Part shown: in pieces, positions 59,296 to 64,000 of the stretch
Numbering within the stretch: position 1 is the stretch's first letter
How the letters are laid out: each line of letters opens with the position of its first letter
DNA from: Amoebophrya sp. A120
Taxonomy: Eukaryota; Protista; Dinoflagellata
Direction: 5' to 3'
NCBI GenBank assembly: GCA_905178155.1
Contig: CAJINV010000007.1
Location: 4,175,723 to 4,239,722, forward strand
DNA length: 64,000 nt
Translations under genes and position numbers: made by a program
The notes under the pieces: generated by a model
Seen by the model: the letters and a program-made list of their open reading frames with translations, nothing else
What the model was told of the DNA's origin: nothing
The model's database searches: none

Positions 59296-62212
59296 TTGAA
59301 CATGTTTATGCAATACAAATTTCCCGAAGCCGTACGCGTAAATCTTATGAATTTCGGAAACTTGTTGAACATTATTTTTATCTTAGGGCGGCATATTGAC
59401 ACTTGTCCTTGTCGTCCTGAATAGGATTGAGCACACGTTTTGTCATGCAGAAACTGCATTGGTTAGTGTACGTGCGAGGGAAATTTGCTGTGGATACTGA
59501 CTTGTGGGAGTTATGATTTTGTTGAGATTTGAAGTGTAGAACCAACCTTTTGTTGCAGTTACAGAAGAAATACGGCGACCTAGCACAAATTCAAGGCGGA
59601 GTAGAAGTGAAAGTTCTTTGCTGAGAAAAAGTCTAAGTGATCAGTTTGTTTCTTTTGAAAGTGAAGCTATTCATTGCTACATAGTAAAGCTTACTACTCA
59701 GTGTTGTTTATGTTTTGGAGCAAACCAGCGGCGAATGTTTATTTGAATGAATACGCCATAAAGTAGAAGGACAAGTTTTGGCTCCCTTTCCCTGATGCTG
59801 TCATGCAGCTGCAACATCACGCACACGTTCACGAGTACAGTTGTCCTAGGTGAGATGAACCACACATAGAGGAGATTTTCATGGAATTTTATCGAGAAGT
59901 TGATGTTTTGACCCAAAAGAAAAATGAGAGGCGGAGATGCTTTCTTCGAAGTTTTGATCTAGTAAAATCGACAGAAGATTGCTACAGGAGAAATCAACAA
60001 TTCTGCGGCAAGAAAGCCGCCAGCTGTTTTTTTCTACCCGACACCCAAGCAGAGAAACACGACAGACCAGATCTAAGCTACTTTTCCTTTTGAAAATGGA
60101 AAATAAGAGCAACATCACAGCATTTATTTTCTAGTTGTACTACTACCGGATGCTTTTTTTTGCTGGCGCATCATCGTCATCGCGAAGTAGCACTTGTAGA
60201 ACTAGAACTAGAACAAGTAGAGCTGGGTCTTTTTGGAATGAAAAACTCAAGAAATAATGACACCAAGAAAGAGGAGCGCTAATGTGCTATCTTATCACAT
60301 GCTTGAGCCATGGTTCATAGTTTTGTCGCACCATGCCCCCGAACTAGCACTGCAGATCCTGTTCTTCAGTAGTACTTCTGAATCAAGTGTTAGAAGTACG
60401 TCGCAAGAACGTAATGCACCTGGTGACTTGTTGTAAGAGGATTATGTTATCCTCGGCAATGGGAATGGCATGTAAGTTGTATGATGAACAATTATCATAT
60501 ATGTATGATGTATACGAAAGAAATGATGATGGGGGGGCAGATGATTCAGACACGAATCCACTTCCCTAGCAAAAAATCCGAGAATTTTTCTTGCGTAAAA
60601 CACGCATTCCGCTCGAAAAACTTTATTCTTATTGACAAAAAGTCTTTGTCAATAAAGAATAGTTTAAAACGTATAGAATAATTTATACGCATTTGATGCT
60701 AGCGAAAATATTAGTGATCCACCTGATCCTAACGACCGTGTGGAGTAGAAGCAATTGACTCTGTTAGTACCTATTGAACCGATGTAGTGATGGGAGACCC
60801 ACCCGATACAAAGTATTGGGGGTCTAGTAGACCACACCACATGGCTGAGGTTCAACAAGAGTCTACTTCGGATTAAAAAGCACTACACATGATGTCGCGG
60901 CGATGTGTCGTGACGTCGAACAACATCAAATTTTATCTGCCCTTATTCAATACCGCACCACTAAAACTGACGCTCTCTTCATCTTTCTCGGCTGCATCGC
61001 GTTGCGGCTTTCTTTGACGATTCGTCGCCGAATGAAAGCGCAAAAGCTGATGTAGCAGCAAACCGTATTATTCCAATTCTAGACAGTAACTACAAAGGTT
61101 GTAAGAATATGATGAAGAAAGCTGAAAAAATGAAAGCGTTATGCTGGTGGTCGTGTGCCAGGGCTTGTTTTTTTTTGTTGCCCTGGCCTTGGACCACGGA
61201 GTGATGCCACAGTTGTGAAAATCGACGTTGTTCGGCACCGACGAGAAAAGTGGCGTTGCTTGGCAGGTCGTCGAGCACATCTGGTGGAGGATCTTGGCGA
61301 GCAGGATGAAGAGTGTGAAAAAGAAAGTTTCGTTCCTCCTTGCCCACACGGTTATTTCTATTTGCGGATTCCGATTCTTTTTGTGAAGCTTAATTTATAA
61401 CATTCATGTTGGCTTCTATTCGAACATTATCGTGCCCAGTTTATCGTCTTGCGCAGTTCGTCTTGCGGCGCAAGGCACGAACGTGAGGACACGCCCAGAC
61501 GTTGTTGAAGATCTCTTCCACCAGTGGATCCACCGCGACGAGCAGGAACAGCAAGACGGTAAACACAAATAACGAGATCAGTAGTTGTAGCAGGATCATC
61601 AGGATGAAAAAAGAAAAAAGCAGCAGAAATATAGCAAATATCAATGCATCGTATTCTTCCGCATCCCCGTGGTCGTGCAGCTCATGCTAGCTCAATTTGG
61701 ATCCTCTGTCCTCGTTCTCCTTCTCGTGATCCGCATGCAATTTAGCAGTTTTCTGCATTAAATATATAAGAGCCTGCTACGCAGTGGGTCTATGATTTTG
61801 AGGTTGCACTGCAGATCAATCTCGCTGTTAGCTGCATTTCCCTCCTTGATGATCTGGTAGAATGAACATGAATTAGTTTACATGTAAAAAAATTGCTATT
61901 AAACCCTTTTCTGCGAGTTACTCACAAAATTTTTTTCTGTTCCTAGGCCGACCGAAAACGGCTCGGAGTTCTCATAGATGAAGTTAGGCTTATTCATCAT
62001 TCGCGCAGAGGACATTCATTTATCATTCACGCAGAGAACTACTTTGGTTAAGTAAACTTTACTCAGATAGTACAGATCGATAGAGGAAGCATCTACTTCA
62101 CCTTCGCGTCACGTTCTTATTGTGTCATTCTGGAAGAGAGTAAAAACGTGTATTATTTTCGCTCGAGCTATTAGCTGAAATTTGCAGTCTAAGGGGCGAG
62201 CACGCTGAAAAA

Positions 62213-64000
62213 ATGACTTCGACTACTGCGTACTACACGAGCGGGCAGCAGCCGCAGCCACAAGTGCACGTCCATGTGGGTCAGCAGCAGCAGCCGGTCT
62301 ATGCCCAGCAACAGCCGCAGGTCATCATCGCACAACCGCAAAGGGGTAAATATTTCTTTATTGGTCCTCATGCTTTGTGGTGCAGCAAGTGCGAAAGAAA
62401 CTTTCGCGCGAAGAGGAAGAAGAAATGTCTGTGATCCAAACTCAGCATACAATCGCGAGATGCGGCTGTGGCATCAAAGTGGACAGTAATTCGCACGCGC
62501 ACCGGCGTACAAAGAGGAGAAGAATTCTTCCCACATATAATGTTCATGGTCCTACCTGCCCTTCTTACATCAAACTACAAGCAATGGTAAAGTGTGCGGC
62601 ATGCAAGATGTATGAACTTCTGAGTCAGATGTGGGAAGAAAAGCAATGCAACTGCATCGACGTGTCTTGAGAATTCCAAGGCGCTGATATCTGTTGTAGT
62701 TGTTGAAAACGCAAGCGTGCCAGCTTATACGACTTACCACAATCAAGTGCGGTTATTCTGTGCAAAAGCGCTTTCGCATGCAAATCCTTTTCAATTTTGT
62801 TGCGAAAAAAATTCTCCACAGTCCAGCACCGCCCTGCTCCGCCAGCGTCTTCCGGTGGGAGCACCGCTTGCGTAAAAACCGGGATCCAGCTGACCCAGGG
62901 ACTGTTTGCCTTCTTGCTGTCCCTGTACATGTTTCTACTGATTTGGGGCGTGCGCATGGATAAGGAGTACATTCAAGGTTGGTGGCGGGACACCATATAC
63001 CGCGACGCGTTCGGTTTTTCCTTCATTGATTTCATGCAATTTGCGTTTCATTCCCCAGAAAAAAATGCCGGGGGGACTGCGATCATTGGCGACACTGAGT
63101 GGCCGTTATTCACCATGTCCATCGTGCATCTGGCACTGATGGGAGTTCTCGTCATCACGCTGAACATTGCACGCTGCACGCCGATCTTCAACGTAACTGA
63201 TTCCATCTTCTCTTGGTTTTTGTCTGTCATTTGCGAAATAATATACTGTCATCCTAAACACGAAAACGCCCTTGTCAGGCTCGTGTCGTTTCCTAAAGGC
63301 CGCACCGGTGCAAGAATAGTAATGTCCGCATCCCATGCTGTACTCTCATAAATGTAGTTATTTGCTGCACAAAAAGTGAAACGCAAATTTATCTGAAAGT
63401 CTTGTCATACTTCTATCATTTTTTGAAATTCATACGACAGAACATGAAGAAAACCACGGGCCTTCTGGTTTTCCTGTGCATCTTATCTGCCTATCCAAGT
63501 GATAGCAATCATTTCTGACCACAACCACGAACTCATGAATATCTGGCTCATCTTCAAAGTTGGACGAGAAAGGCAGCTGCTATCGGAAGTCCGCTGTTGC
63601 AGATACCTGCTTTGCTTTCTTACGACAATGATTACAGTTGCGGTGACTCGACAATAAATGTATGCCCGGGCAGCAGCAGGCTAGCGAGCCTGTGAGCCTA
63701 GGCTGAGGATGGTCGGGCGGTATTTTATGCCCGTGTCCGCCCTCAGCCCTTTTGTTTACGGTAGCCAGGACTTGAGAAGATTAGTCAGGACAACCCACCG
63801 AATTTCGGGCTGGTATTTGTTTCGCCTTCTCTTGTTCCCAGGGAGTAACGCCCCTGCCGTTGGTAGTAAGTCTCGTTTGGCCCGCTTTGCGGATGATTAG
63901 TCTCGTTTGGCCCGCTTTGCGGATGATTTGGCCCGCTTTGCGGATGATTAGTCTCGTTTGGCCCGCTTTGCGGATGATTTGGCCCGCTTTGCGGATGATT
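62213..64000 (+). CDS. Multi-pass membrane protein, paralog 2 (3' end outside window)
   Basis: TQGLFAFLLSLYMFLLIWGVRMD and IARCTPIFN-NMKKTTGLLVFL match paralog 1 (TQGLVSFFSSFYLFLLIWGARMD, IAKCTPLFRDMKKTTGLLVFL). Confidence 0.72.
63869..64000. repeat. Minisatellite of 30-bp and 21-bp units
   Basis: (AGTCTCGTT)TGGCCCGCTTTGCGGATGATT five times to the window end. Confidence 0.9.

Noticed and set aside
61068-61690. Possible small gene (hydrophobic minus-strand ORFs, or short plus-strand ORFs)
   Set aside because: Strand ambiguous, no recognisable motif and no consistent exon chain
63869-64000. CRISPR-like array
   Set aside because: Units are contiguous with no unique spacers and there are no cas genes; eukaryotic minisatellite

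Overview
Eukaryotic, gene-dense DNA with every recognisable gene on the + strand. The intron architecture strongly suggests the parasitic dinoflagellate Amoebophrya (Syndiniales); this is an inference, not a database result. Host genes in order: a calpain-like protein (5' partial, probably catalytically dead), CLPTM1, a membrane protein with C2/PH-like/PDZ-like regions, a large protein with a BPI/HAM1-like region, an intronless GH49 dextranase-like enzyme, an EMAP-like WD40 protein, triosephosphate isomerase, a hypothetical protein and two paralogous membrane proteins. Mobile DNA: (1) a full-length Ty1/Copia LTR retrotransposon (2826-9040) inside a calpain intron, with gag and pol separated by one in-frame UGA; (2) a tyrosine-recombinase (DIRS-order) retroelement (43630-51966) with split direct repeats in the order A1-spacer-B1A2-ORFs-B2 and four ORFs (unknown, YR, CCCH finger, RT/RNase H); (3) about 23 MITE-like 'introners' of several families, with TAT...ATA termini (degenerate in a few old copies), terminal inverted repeats and 5-bp target duplications. 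All lie in coding sequence, four families occur in both orientations, and removing the element plus 5 nt restores the host reading frame wherever I could check; (4) a 1.76-kb poly(A)-tailed insert with a 16-bp TSD nested in one introner. All coordinates were read by eye and exon boundaries are approximate without RNA data.
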